Assembly (NCBI GenBank): GCA_030704615.1 | Contig: CM060734.1 | Coordinates: 61,318,001-61,382,000, forward strand | Direction: 5' to 3' | Length of the DNA stretch: 64,000 nt | Origin: Takakia lepidozioides | Taxonomy: Eukaryota; Plantae; Bryophyta | Part shown: positions 13,315-27,300 of the stretch, piece by piece | Numbering within the stretch: the first letter of the stretch is position 1 | Layout of the letters: each line of letters starts with the position of its first letter | The notes under the pieces: model-generated | What the model was told of the DNA's origin: nothing | Seen by the model: only the letters and a program-made list of their open reading frames with translations | Database searches by the model: none | Made by a program: the position numbers and the translations under genes

Positions 13315-14500
13315 AATCTATTCAATCTAACAAAGGGTTGAAAAGTGCTTATAAGGAAGTTCCATACAAAATTGTTACCAAGTAGTACTAAGCAATTGTT
13401 TTAATGAGCTAATTCAATCTTATACATGTTGGGATTAAAATTTGTTCTGACCACGTCCCCACTCTATTGTACCCCAAAGCTGAAAAATTGAGAATGGGAG
13501 GAAAAAACAAAAAAAAACAAAAAAAAAACAAAAATGGGACTTGGGCTTCAAACATGGATATGAGGTGGACAAAATTATCAATAAGAAACTAATATGGAAG
13601 AGACAGTTTGTATACAAGCTCCTATAAAAACTTTCAAAAAACAACAAGAGTGTATGGAACCTATAAAAACTTTCAATCAAATATCCCAACCTTGAACGCA
13701 TTGTATTTCAAAGTATGAATTTGCTTTCTTAATAAGCTTCAAACATGGATATAAGGTTTTAGGGGCATAAAGTTTATAAGAAATAAAAGTATGAACCACA
13801 TAAAAATATGCATGAATGTTTAGGACCTATAATTTTTAAAACATTCAACAATCAAGTCAATATAATATTTTAACCATTGTAATTTATACCCAAAGCTCAA
13901 AAATTGATTTGAATGAACTTCAAACATTTGAATGAGGTTTTGCGGTATAGGGTTTCGGATAAACAAAAATACTTCAAGTTAAAAAAACATACGTAAGAGT
14001 AAGAATTTCCAAGTAAATATCTCGATGACTCTATCATATATGTAAGCTGGAAAATGCAATTAATTGAGCTTCAAATGTAACAACTACGTTTTAGGCTATA
14101 GGGTTAAGACTATAAGGTTAAATCTCCGGCAAAAGTATGAATGATAGGGGTGATGGGAGAGTGTTTAGGACCAGATATGTTAAGCTTATTGCCTCCAGCA
14201 GGCCCAACAAATTTCAACCCAACATCCACAATCTACAAAATCCCCTCTGTCCTTTTATTCTTTTAATCAAAAAATGGTAGTTGAAGTGGGGTACATCTTT
14301 ACCTCCTCACACTGATTGGAAAGCCATTTGGAAAGAAAGTGGTCCAAATTTGGCTAGAAGAATGAACAACATTATAATTGAGTAGAACAATTATTTTTTC
14401 TCCATCATTCAAAGTTATTGAGATTTAAAACATTACAAGAAAACAAGAAAATTGGAGAGTTGTTTGCATTCATACCATTTTAGTTTTCATTATCTTGACG
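11445..14500. repeat. Very AT-rich non-coding block with an internal ~450-bp dispersed duplication and poly(A) tract; probable non-autonomous DNA-transposon-derived sequence
   Basis: About 12370-12830 recurs at about 13660-14130 (e.g. TATACCCAAAGCT...GATTTGAATGAACTTCAAA); poly(A) at 13280-13313. Confidence 0.55.
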
Positions 14501-15310
14501 ATTGTTGCTGGGGGCGGCCACATCTGTGTGTCAGGCTCCATTGTTCTCGGCTACCATGATTGCGACGCCGGGGGTAAAACCAACTGAAGTGTTTAGGCTG
14601 GCAGCTACACTCTGTGAGAGTAAGGAGGTTACTTCATCTTCTGCGCAGATAGTGGGAGGTGTAGTGCCGGAGGGATCCTCGGATTTGAGGGTCAAGACTG
14701 CCACGGCGGCGTCATGGCAAGCTGCAGCTGCCAGCTAGGCCAGCCACTAAGCGCGTCATGGTGACACATGGGGTTGTCATGTTAGACAACCATAATGGCA
14801 TTTTCTATTTGAGTAGACCGGCAGGCAAGATGTACCGGCCACTACGGTGTTGGACTTGAGAGCTCAGCCATTGATGTTGGGCAAAGCTGCTATTGCAGGC
14901 TTGGGCCTCAAGGAGGTGGACATGGAGCCTTGTCCTTTCCAGATATAAACATCTCTGGGAGGATTGGAGCAAGCGCGGGGCAAGACACGGCGTGAGTTGG
15001 CTCTCAAACTACAGCCGGATCATCCTACAGATGGCTCAGTGATGCGAGCCAAGGCCATTGTGACAGACGCAGTCTCGTACGATGTCCTTGTTGGTGAGAC
15101 AGTGTTGTACCCCATGGGCTTCACCCTGGATTTTTGGGAGGAGTCAGCTTCTTATAGGCCTGGATGGCAGTCAGGGAGGGCTGGCGTGTGCAGCTCCCTG
15201 TGACATTCATAAGAGGAGTTGCGGTTGCCCAGCGAGGCAAGATGCCGACACTGGCAGTATTTACAGCTATTGTGAGTTGGCTTGGAGAGTTGCTAGAGGG
15301 CCCGGGGAGG

Positions 15311-16069
15311 TCACTTCCAAAAATTTCCAACCGACGTGCAAAAAAATATAGGGTGCAATTTATTCACAAAAGATAAAAATTATAAAATATTTAAAAATAA
15401 TAAATGGTATATTATATTGTGATCAATGATTTCAAATTAATATAGGGTCTAAAATAATGACTGATTTTAATTTTTTCTTAAAACTAATATTGGGTTGAGA
15501 TAAATATCTATGAAAAATTCCAAAAATATATACATGCTCTTAAGGGAAAACTTAATACTTACAAAAAAAATAATGGCTACGTAATATTCAAAAAATGAGA
15601 AGGAAGGCAGGGAGCAGGTCGGGGATATCGCGACATCCTGTTGATCTCCTAAATAGACCAACCACACCAATCATGGTGTTATTAAACTACTTCTCAAAAT
15701 CTAGAGGACAATTTAAATTCAAATATGATCATACCGACAACAAGTGGGTAGATTTAGATTCAATTATTAGTTCAGTCACTATGACTTTCGATAGAGCGCA
15801 AAACGTTTATACTTTGAATGCGGATGATGCGAATGCTTTAAATGAATTTATTTCAACCAAATAATAAATTCATTTGTCTTCTTTTTTTAAATTGTATTAT
15901 TAATATAGGGTGCCTAATATTTGTTTGAAACAAAAAAATATAATTAAAATAACATGCCAAAAAATCACCATATTACAAAATTACGTAATTATAGGGTACT
16001 AAGAAATACCAAAGTAAAAGTAATACCCCTTACAAAATACCCATTTATCTCACGTGCCCTATACAAGTG
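15311..16069 (+). mobile_element. ~760-bp AT-rich insertion carrying the C-terminal ~90 codons of a transposase related to the one at 24378-28580
   Basis: ORF 15595-15864 (QKMRRK...PVDLLNRP...KYDHTDNKWVDLDSII...NVYTLNADD) aligns by eye with QRMRKK...SVDLLERP...TYDLTDNMMVDLDSII...NTYVLDAND; removing the block restores the gypsy frame (EGPGR|IASDSP); ends read TCACTT...AAGTGA; no TSD found. Confidence 0.75.
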
Positions 16070-16365
16070 ATAGCGAGTGACTCCCCCGGACTAGAGAGCA
16101 ACACTCATTCAGAGGATGTGTCACCTCCAGCAGAGCAGGATGACATGTATGGTATGGCGGAATTGTCTGTCATGGTTGCTCAGACTCCATTGTGAGGCAC
16201 GAGCAAGGATTTGCAGCGGGTTGCTAATCGGCGGATGCAACAAGCCTAGGTAGAGGCTTTTGTACCGTCAAGAGAGGAGGAGAGTGCGGAGATTGCACCA
16301 GGACCACCTCAGTTGTCACCATTGGACACCACACCTGTTGTGTGGCAGTGTCCGGATGAAGACAT

Positions 16366-17300
16366 TTGCCTTCTGGACTTGTTTGGCGGGATCAGCACCT
16401 TGTTCTACAGGCAAGTATACGGGTTCAGAGATATCTGTATGTGGAGATGGATGAGACTGCATGACGCGTCTCACTTCGTCATGTTGCTTAGTTGGTGCAG
16501 CAGTACCCTGACTTGTTGCCGGTGTCTACGGTTCATGGATATTAGCAGGTCTTGCCAGCAGACATCTCTTTGCTGGGGGCGCAGGATTTGGAGCGGGTTG
16601 GCTCCATTCATTTAGTAGTGGCGGCCCTGCCAAGGGCATTCATCAGCCGGTCATGGCAATGGATTACGAGACTCGAGGTCGGGTCTGTATTGGGAGATGG
16701 TGCAGATTTTGCGTCACTTACAACTTCATCAAGCTGTATCTCTAGCATACATCTTGGAGAATGTGCCACTGTTGGGTGATTCTCAGGCCAGGGTGATGGC
16801 CATTATGCATCAAGTCCGGTTGCACGGCTTGGGTCAACAGTGTTGCTGGATGCAGCTACAGTTGGGTCACGGGCTCATCGTCCACAGTTATGGTAAACTA
16901 ACTTGATGTCACTCGCACTGCTCAAGCGTGCATTTGATGGGGTGCAACGGCCAGCACATCTTATAGTGGATAGCATTTTGGAACGATGAGGCAGTCTCAG
17001 CGTGTGAAACACAATGACCGTTCGCCTTTGGCAATGGTCAACAAGGTGGGTCAACCACGAGCAGCACTACCTACACTACTCAGCTTTCCAAGATCGCATG
17101 CTTTCCGGGATACTGGACCTGGCCTCCTGTGGGATACTTAGTTGTAGCAGTTAGTGGAGCCCAATGCCGACGAGCGAGAACGGGCTATGGGTTTTTCCAC
17201 TGGGACCACGGCAGTACCTTCTCTTTTTGAGGCATCACATCGTCAGGTGTTGGGGCAAGCGATTGATCTCAATTGCTTGACCTGGATTATCAGCTTGGCT
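16366..17300 (+). pseudogene. C5 cytosine DNA methyltransferase domain within the retrotransposon polyprotein (frameshifts and stops)
   Basis: Motifs in canonical order across frames: I LLDLFGGIST; II YLYVEMDETA; III/IV DISLLGAQDLERVGSIHLVVA..PCQGHSSAGHGNGLRDSRSGLYWE (PCQ at 16625-16633); VI YILENV; VIII LDAATVGSRAHRP; IX/X EPNADERERAMGFSTGTT...RQVLGQAIDL. Confidence 0.9.
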
Positions 17301-19701
17301 ATGACTGAGCAACGTAGAGTGCAGAGTGCACTTCCCTTGACGGTCTCTCTGCCTACCGAGACAGTACAGGTAGTGAGTGGGGGCGAGCCGGTGAGGACCA
17401 CGTGGTGCAGACATACATGGCACACGTGGGAGGTGCCCGAGGTTCAGAGAGAGTTGGCAACCAAGGCGGCGGTGATGGATGAGGTTGGGGATTCTTCTCG
17501 GGTTGAGGAGGTCCTCAAGGATGAGATGATGGGGCAGGATGAGGCCTTGTCATTGACAGAGCAGGCAGTGGTCACTGCTCAAGAGATTACAACATAGCAA
17601 CCATGGGACGCGTCTCCTACCTCTAAGTCTGCTGGACTTAAGGTTGCAGTTACGGAGGACAATTGGGAGCCTGATATTGGACCCATTGTCACTGGAGGAG
17701 AGAGACGACGTATACCATGGTTCCTTGAGGGCTTACAGGAATTGGTTTGCTTTCAGTTTGAAGGATTTGGGAGCACTGAAGGATCAGGAGATTTGTATTG
17801 AGTTGGCCACGGACACGCCAATCTTTCGGAGACCCTATAGATACAGTGACATGGAGAGGTCTTTGATGAGGACTCAAGACCTTTGGGAGGCTGGTTTGGT
17901 GGAGCTCTCTGGTAGAGAGTATGCTTCAGCCACAGTGATGCCAGCCAAGAAGGATATTTATGGCAATTGGACGGAGAGACGTATGTGCGGTGATTACCGG
18001 CCTGTACACCATCAGACCAAGTCCGATTAGTATGTCATGCCCACATCGGAGGAGATCTTTCATGCCATTGGGCATGCCAAGGTCTTTAGCACATTGGACT
18101 TGCGGTCCAGATATCACCAGTTGTCGATCAAGGAGGCGGACAAGCAGAAGACGACATTCTGGGGGATCAATGAGCACGGGAAGGATTGCGTCTATCAGTG
18201 GCGGTTCTTACCATTCGGGCTTAAGAACGTTCTTGCAGAATTTCAGAGAGTCATGGACAGGATTCTAGCAGGGGTGGACTTTACTCGGTGCTACATAGAT
18301 GACATCATCATCTTTAGTGCTACGGTGGAGAAGCATGAGAGACACTTTCAAGTGGTGTTTAAGCGCTTGAGGGCGCACGGATTGAAGTTGCATCCGGGAA
18401 AGTGCAAGTTTTTCCACAACCAGATTGAGTATCTGGGTCAAATGGTATATCCTGGAGGATTGGGGGTACAACAGACTAAGGTAGAGGCCATTGCACAGAT
18501 TCCACGCCCCACGGATGTGAGCCGAGCTCGAGCTTTCATGGGGTTGGCAAATTATTATAGACGGTTTGTCAAGGGATTTAGTGCTATTGCAAAGGTTCTA
18601 ACTAAGCTGACCAAGATAGACCAGGAGTGACAGTGGGAAGATGAGCAAGAACGAGCTTTTCAAGAGCTCAAAGCGAGGTTGACCTCGGCGCCTATCCCGA
18701 GACGACCTATCAGGGGGTGTCCCTTTCAGCTACATACGGATTAGAGCATGCTGGGGCTAGCTTGGAGCGGTGCTCACATAGGTGGATGATGAGGGAAGAG
18801 AGTTCATAGTGGCTTATGCTAGCCGCTTGAACAACGTTGCAGAGTCTAAGTATAGCTCATATAAGGGGGAGTGCTTAGCTGCAATGTGGGCCGTGGCACA
18901 CTTCATGTGCTATCTATACGGCAATCTCTTCACCCTTGTCACGGATCACCAGCCACTCAAGTGGTTGATGGAGTCAGACAAGCTTACGGAGAAGCTTGCA
19001 CGGTGGGCACTTATACTCCAGGAGTATGACTTTCAGGTTGTGCATCGACCGGGTTTGGTCAATAGGGATGCGGATGGATTGAGTCGCAATCCATGCACGA
19101 GTCAGCAGGATGACACTGGAGCTCGGTGGCATGGTGAGATGGACGAGTAGATGGTGTCGGGATGGCATGCATCTGCCTTTTTATGTATCTTGGCATCGGG
19201 AGGTCAGGTTGGACCTACAACAGGGATGACTGTAGATGGAGTGTCTGAGGACCCTGAGGCTAGTGATGAGCCAGGTGGTGCCAGAGATATATATGAGGAT
19301 TCGGCTGTGTTGGACTACCTCCGTACTGGAGACACGGCAGCCACTGTGACTGCCAAGGAGAGGGATCGGATCTTGCAACGAGCCAAGAGGTTCAAGTGGG
19401 AGGGGATACACTGTGCTCCAAGTGTGGGAGGATGGTCGGGTGAGGATCGTGCCTTACCCAACCCTGGGGATGCACTCTTTATAAAATGTCCGTATCACAT
19501 GCGTTCGCCGCCTACTACAAAAACCCCATGTATACGGGTCCTTGGATCATTTATACCCCCTCTGTACATACATTTTGAAGATTATAAAATCCCCTCCTGT
19601 AAATATATAGAAATTTGTAATTTTTAAAAAGTACCCCTAGTCCAACCTGACTCGCAGCTGACAGAGTTCAATTCATTCAATTATGTGACAAGCATTTCAT
19701 T

Positions 19702-22060
19702 TCACCAATACTCCCCACAAGAACAAACACCATTTTGGAAGTGGTGAAAGCGGTTTGCATCCTGTACAACAATCTCTTGCTTAGCTATCTTTGAGATGAA
19801 TTTGGTGGCTGTGTGGCAATCACCACACATCCGAAGATTCCTGATGATCCCCAAAGACATCCCAGAGGGTGTGCTAATAAGCCCAAAAACAATGGTCAGC
19901 TTCTCATTGTGGTGGCAAAGAGACGATTCTTTAAGCTCTTCCTCAACATCATGCAATGCAAAGTGCGGGCTTCACCCCTTCGCACATTATTTGCTCATAG
20001 GTCTCCAAAGCCTCCATCCCGCGCCCTTGTTGTGCATATCCTGCAATCATCGCACTCCACGACAACACATCTCATTCAGCCATACCGTCGAACACTCCCT
20101 TCATACATGTCCACGAGGGTATTGTTCAAAATGATATTTGATACAATTGCAAATCTGACAATGTCGCCATGGACCTCTTTGCCCTTTTCCAGAGCTGACA
20201 GGCTTGCACACGCATTGCAAATGTACACAAACGTGATGTGGTCGGGCTTCACCCCTTCCCCCATCATTTGATCATAGGTCTCCAAGCCTCCATACCAAGT
20301 CCCTGTTGTGCATACCTTGTAGGCATCGCACTCCACGACACCACATCTCGTTCAGCCATGGAAACTCCCTTCGCATCCTTAATGCACCCACATTTGGCAT
20401 ACATGTCCACCAGGGGAGTGTTCAGAATGACATCTGGTACAATTCCAGCTTTGACAATGTCACCATGGACCTCTTTCCCCTTTTCCAGAGCTCGCAGGCT
20501 TGGACACGCATTGCATCTAGCCAACATTATATTCCACGTGATCAAAGATCGTTGAGGCATTCTGATGAACACTTGGTGAGCATCAATGATGCTCCCGCAC
20601 ATAACATACATGTTGACAAGGGTGTTGAGTAGAAAAACATTTGACGTGAATCCACTTTGGATGATGTGAGTATGCACCTATTTTCCAGCTTCCAGACCTT
20701 CCATCTTGATGCACTTAAGCAAGAGACAGACATACATATCTGAATCTGGTGAAATGCCTTGTGATGTGGTTAGGCTTCACCCCTTCCCCATCATTTGCTC
20801 ATAGGTCTCCAAAGCCTCCATCCTGTGCCCCTGCTGTGCATACCCTACAAGCATCACATTCCACGACACCACATCTCGTTCAGCCAGAGTGTTGAAAACT
20901 CCCCTCACATCCTTAACGCACCCACATTTGGCAAACATGTCCACAAAGGCAGTGTTCAAGATGACATCTGGTACAATTCCAACTTGCTCCCAGGCTTTCA
21001 CACGCATTGCAAACACAAACAAATGTGATGTGGTTGGGCTTCACCGCTTCGCACATCATTTGCTCATATGTCTCCAAAACATTCCTACCACACCTATGCT
21101 TGGTAAATCCTTTCAACATAATATTCCACATGATCAAAGATCATTGAGGCATTCTGTTGAACACTTGGTAAGCATCCCTGATGTTCCGGCACTTAACATA
21201 CAGGTTGACAAGGGTGTTGAGTAGAAAAACCGCGTGAATCCACTTTGGATAATGTGAGTGTGCATGTGCTTTCCAGCTTCGAGACCTTCCATCTTGATGC
21301 ACTTAAGCAAGAGACAGACATACATATCTGAATCTGTTGAACTGCCTCCTTGGTTTAGAGTCTGTAGAGCCTCTGTCAGGCTGTCACACAAAGTATCTTC
21401 ACATGCCCAGAAGTGCTAGAAGAGGCATTGTGGACTCCCTCTCTTGATCCTCTTTCAGAAGCTGTGGTCATGATTGAGGTGCCTGATTTATCAACTGTGC
21501 CGCTGCAGCTGATGCCTTTAGTTGACCATCTACCCATGCAGGTTTCTTGTAGCTACTGACCCCCACATGGAATCAAGGTAATCTGGAGCTTGAAGTCCAG
21601 CCCTCTTGGATGAATCTGGACCCACACTCTATCCATGCTCATTCAAGAAAAAACACAGAAAAACTCTGATAACAGGGAAAAACATGCTGAAATGTGTTGA
21701 AGAAGGTACCTTCATTAGCAGCGCCTTGTTCTACCAAATGCACTGCTGCCGCTGCTGTTTCCAGTTGACCATCTACCCACACAACTTTCTTGTAGCTATT
21801 GATCCGTAGGGAATCAGAAGTAATCTTGTGTTTAAAATCGACCTCTTGGATGAATCGTGTTCCTCGACACCACCTCGTTCAGCCATAGTGTTGAACACTC
21901 CCTCCGCATCCTCAATGTTCCCACAATGGCATACATGTCCACAAGGGTATTGTTCATAATCACATCCGGTACAATTCCAGCTTTGGTGATGCAACCATGC
22001 ACCTCTTTGCTTTTTTCCATGGCTGCAGGCTTGCACACGCATTGCAAACGCACACAAATG
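19702..22060 (-). pseudogene. Rearranged PLS-class PPR-DYW gene fragments (cargo of element A), ending in an intact DYW C-terminal segment
   Basis: Repeated ALEKGKEVHGDIVKAGIVPDVILNTxLVDMYAKCG and AERDVVSW motifs in broken frames; duplicated N-terminal block (about 20530-20760 vs 21115-21350); DYW part HHNEKL...NLRMCGDCHTATKFISKI...DANRFHHFQNGVCSCGEYW* at 19702-19956. Confidence 0.9.
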
Positions 22061-22239
22061 AATTCAAAGGTCAGATGGTGGGGTCAGCTGCAACATACGT
22101 CCAACACCAGATATCCTAAGTTAATCGACTCTATATCTTGGAAACATCGACTCTATATCTTTAAAACTACATGCTCTAGCTTAGGCTTGGATTTCATGGC
22201 TAATGGTTCCATCTCGAGACTTGATAACAGGGGTACTTG

Positions 22240-24003
22240 CAATGACCAAAAGTGCTTCTAATAGAGTCCCACATCAATTCAATCTCAAAGAAGTTCGTCC
22301 CTTGACTGGCTGGAAAGCGGTCTTAGACATTGGTGATTCAATGGGGCGCTCTTGGAAGACAACCAAGGGCAAGGACTTCAACTTGAGAGTTTCTAATCGG
22401 TTTGATGCTCTGGATGAGGTTGAATCCATGGGGTAACTGTCCCCCCTTTGCAGAACGGTTGGCCATCCAGGAGCAATCACAAGCTACCTAGACGACAAAC
22501 AATTCACATGCAATGGGTTGGCTTGCGGCTGGCCACTTTCAACTTCTCAGGGTTGACCAATCAAAGGAAACAACTCGAAGTGGGACAAGTTCTTCGGACT
22601 AATGATATTCATATTTGTGTTGGGCAAGAAACATGGGAAATGTCGGATAAACTGGTTAGAGATGTCAATGGTTATAAATGGGCAGGTAAGATGTGTACTC
22701 TCAAGGCAGCCTCTACCAAACGCGGTCAAAAAGGGGTTGGATTCTTTGTCCGTGATTTCTTGTTTGACAATTGTGAAATTATCAACAAGGGTTTGAGGTA
22801 CAAGCATAGTATCTGGCAAAAACTGAATCTGAAGGGCGGCATGAGTACAAAGGACCTCTTTGTGGGTTGTGTTTACATGCCCACAGAGGGGACCCTTAGT
22901 GCTGACGCATACAAAGCCTTCGAAGATGTAAAATTGGACTGTGCTTCGTTCCTTGCCAAAGGTTAGGTGGTGCTATTGGGTGACTTCAATGCCCGGGTGG
23001 GCAAAGGGCTCCATCAGGACGATATCATTGGGCCTTTTGGTGAGGACGAGCTGAATTCTAATGGCAGACGGTTAATTAACTGTCTGGAAGAGCTTCAGCT
23101 TTTGACCTTGAATAACAGGACAAGAGGTGACCAAGTGCAGTGGACTCGTGAGAAATCCCAAACTGGGGAACGTTCCATTGTGGACTATATCATAATGGAC
23201 AAAAATTTGTTCCCCCAGTGTGCCAATGTGTTGATCGACAGAACTGATATTGGTACCTCTGACCACTTCCTGGTTTGGACTGAGATCAAAAGGTGTTTTC
23301 CCAACACCAGAGTAGAAGAGATTCTCAAGGACCTGGACCTGGATCCGCAAGTCTCGACCCTGCTGGATAAATCCGACTTAGAGGCTGTAGTGTCCAAAGC
23401 CATGTCTGTTGCCATGAGATTGTCTGATGAAAATGAAGTTAGGCAGAAAACTTCCCTGAACTTGTTTCCAGTCAGTGACATGGGGGAGGACATCTTGGAT
23501 GACCTCAAGGGTCCACCCACTCTCGGCACTAGACTGAAATTTAAACTCAGGGCAGGAAGCCTACCTTTGAACAGCAAACAGAAGCAGAGAGGAAAAGGAG
23601 AGTGCACTTCCCATTGTGTGGGCAATCTGAAGACAATATTCATTTTCTGATACACTGTCCGGGGTTCTCTCATTGATAACATGAAGGTTGCAATGACCAA
23701 AAGTGCTTCTAATAGAGTCCCACATCAATTCAATCTCAAAGAAGTTCGTCCCTTGACTGGCTGGAGAGCGGTCTTACACATCGGTGATTCAATGGGGCGC
23801 TCTAGGAAGACAACCAAGGGCAAGGACTTCAACTGCAGGTGACCAAGTGCAGTGGACTCGTGAGAAATCCCAAACCCTAAACGTTCCATTGTGGACTATA
23901 TCATAATGGACAAAAATTTGTTCCCCCAGTGTGCCAATGTGTTGATCGACAGAACTGATATTGGTACCTCTGACCACTTCCTGGTTTGGACTGAGATCAA
24001 AAG
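22240..24003 (+). mobile_element. Internally deleted LINE: AP-endonuclease domain fused to a C-terminal remnant, RT missing, with partial tandem re-duplication
   Basis: LATFNFSGL, VGQETW, GVGFFV, CVYMP, LLGDFNARVG, NSNGRRL, SIVDYII, SDHFLVW motifs (22520-23290); 23690-24003 repeats about 22239-22383 joined to about 23124-23292. Confidence 0.85.
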
Positions 24004-24314
24004 AGGACCTCTTGTGTGTGCCTACTTGTGTCTGTAGTCAGGTAACGACGGATTGGTTAGTGAGAACCACCACAGTGCAGCTGAGCACGACCTGCTTAGA
24101 CCAAGCTGACTCTCCCAAGAACCTGTTAACCGCTGGTTTATTACTTAGACAAAACAGGCTATCATCACTGCTGCCCATTTCCTAAGACATGCAACAGAGG
24201 TTGTCCGAAGGTATGCTGTACTTCATAATCGTTTAAGGATAGCTAAACCATGAACATCGTATGAATTTATCTCCTTGGAGGCTGCTTAATCCTATTGATT
24301 AAGCTCAACTTACA

Positions 24315-27300
24315 TCAGGAAAATTTCATTTCCTTTCCATAGGGGGTAGTGTCCTTTCAGCCAAGCAGGAAGAGAGGATGGTTCTGAAAGGGGATACTGT
24401 ACACATTAAGATTTCAGACCAAAATGATGGGGACCAAGGATTGAAAAGACCTCTATTTTCCAGTGGTTCTACGATCTTGCATGAGGATAGACCAGGCGAG
24501 GACCCGGCACCAGTGTCTAAAAAGATGAGGATGGACCCTGATACACCCTTTGCTGGCGATGGTGGAAATGAAGACCATGCACATGAGCATGCACTTCAGC
24601 AGAGATCTGGTAGATTGTGCAGCACGTTGGCTACATCCAGCGATATTCAAAAATGGCAGAAAGAGATTAGAGCCGTTGAAAGGAAAATCTCTGCAGAAGG
24701 ACGATGTGACAAGTTTGAGCTCATGACAAAGAATCAACAAAGACAAGCAATGTTCCACATATGGTGTATTGAGTGTGAGGATGTTTATGCACGGTCTGGG
24801 AAAACAAACCATATGATGCATGTGCAAACTTTATGAGATCTCATTTGAGGAGTGAGGGGCATCGCATAGCCTATGAGAGGCATCATGGGAAGGGTTCATC
24901 ACAATGTGTCATCAGCCCTATAAATGCAGATGAAGCATTAGATACAAAGAAGAACAGGGTGAAGGAGGCATTAGAGGAAGTCGCTCGGTTTTGTGAGGAC
25001 AATCCTGGAAACAGATTTGAGATTGTGGAAACCACAATTGGAGACTATTCGCAGTTGGGTTCCATAAAGATTAAGTGCGCACTTGATTCGGAGTGGCTAC
25101 TCTTGTTTCCAAGGACAGGTTCTTTCACAGAGCATGTGAAAGGAAAAACTCGTGTTGATGCAGAGATTTGCCAGAAGGTTGGAAGTAGTGAAGGACTGTG
25201 CAAAAAAAGAGGAAGGTCTCCAAAGCCTATGATTGCCAAAGATGTAAAGCAACGGGATCTAAGCTCTTTCTTGGTCAGTCAACCTGTGTTGCCGTCCCCA
25301 CCACTTGACAATCCAATTGTGGCATCAACAATGGGAGCATCCTCGTCACAAACTCCATACACTTGTGTTGACGCTGCCCAACGGGCAGATCTGATTGAGG
25401 ATTGACAATTACAACGAAGGTCCCAATGCAACAAAGGAAGAGACAGTTTGTGTTGGGGCCTATGGGATGAATGGTGGGAGTACAACCACAAGAGAATAAG
25501 TCTGAGACCATTCCTTCAAGATAGCAAGGGAGGAAAGAAGTGGTATGTCGAGCCGTTGACACATGCAACCATCACTCTAAACAATCAAGAGCATAAGGTT
25601 GTTGGTACGTTTCGGCACGCGGATTGATTTAGAGTATCATTGGATGGGGAGCCATTTCCAAACTTGAGGTGTTCAGCATGTTCTTCCATTCCCTTGGAAA
25701 ATGACTTCAGAATGAGGGTATATAGAGAGAGAGGTGCCATGGAATATAGAGGGGAGAGAGATACTGACAAGGGAAGAAGGTTGTCATATCTTGGAAATGT
25801 CGAGATTGTCAAACAAGTTTACAAAAACAGACAGGAGTTGAGGCAGTTGAGGTTCAAATTGTGGGAGGCCAGGACCAAAGTGGCATCCTTGTCTGTGCGA
25901 TGTAGGTCCTTGAAGGAGTCTGGGATTGAGGCAATTGAAAGAGGAGATGTTCTCAAATTTTGTCATGATATTGTTGATGCACATAGGAGGGGGGATTTTG
26001 AAGGAAAAGAAAGTTTGTGGGATTTTCTTGTTGATATGGGCAAGAATATTGACAGGTCTCCACAAGGGAAGAGGTATGGTACTAGCACAAAAACAATGTT
26101 TGAGACTGTGCAGCTTTGGGGGGGGTCCGAGATTGCATCATTTTTTGGCTTCAAATGTGGGGGGTCCTTCTATTGATACTACAAGACGGTCTTTGAGGAA
26201 AGGTTTGAAGTATAGAGCGGGAGAAAGGGATGATATATTTCAGCATGTGGCTGGAATTTACAGAGATGTGATGGAAGATGCAAATATTCCAATGGGAAGC
26301 ATCCCAGTGATGGTGGCCGAAGATGAAACTGTTGTGAAGCGATTGGTACGTTGGATTGCTATGGATGACACCCTTCTCGGGTTCTGTGGGCTTCAAGACA
26401 ACCATGTATGTATTTCAAATTTTGTGGTGCAAATGGGAGAAGGGGAATCAGGGTACGAACATATTGTGGAGGCATTCAAAAACAATGTGGTTGCCCATTA
26501 CACCAGAGTGTTGATAGCAAATCCTCTACATGTACGGTTACCTCGATTGGTATTGGTAATCCAGCTCACTTGCAATAGATTTGACAACAAAATTGTGAGA
26601 TCACAATGGGAAGTGGTGAGACAGTTGTGGGACAAATATGTGAGGGATGTGGTTGGGCCTATAATTGGGCATGCTTCAGACGGAGATAGTAGGAGGAGAA
26701 AAGTGATGTTAGAAGATTATGCCAATGGGGCTGGAAGTAGATTTTGCATCCCTTGGGAAGGATAGTTGTTTACTAGTCGAGTGTGCAACGGGGGAGATAT
26801 ATACGGACTCCATGATCAGGACTTCATCCACAATGGGAAAATTTTGGTAAATCCCTTGGACAGTGCATCACGGACTTTGGTGTTGGGTGATGAGGTTGCT
26901 ACATTGAATCATGTGTTATTGGTCTACCATTCATTTTCAGTGGACAAGCATGGACTTCGGGAATGTGATATCAAAAGAGAAGATCGACAGAATTGGGCAA
27001 CAGCTCAACGACTGGCATCTCGGAAGGTGCAAGCTTGTTTGAGGGAGTTACAATCAACTGTGAATCATCGAAGGGAGAGGACCAAAGGTACTGAAATTTA
27101 CCTATACATCATTTCATGCTACATCGACATTTTTTTGTCTCCTCACATGTCATTGTGTGAGAGGGTACAATCTGCTGCGAAGGTATCGTTTTTTTTCAAA
27201 TTGTGGAAGTTATGGTTATTCCACCACGAGGTGTATAATCTGAAATCCTTCTTCATTAGCAGGGAAACATACTTGGATTTACAAATTTTATGCCACTACG

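Noticed and set aside
16366-17300. Host DRM/DNMT3 gene or bacterial contamination
   Set aside because: Intronless, colinear with protease and RT, shares their decay pattern, and lacks the permuted motif order of DRM
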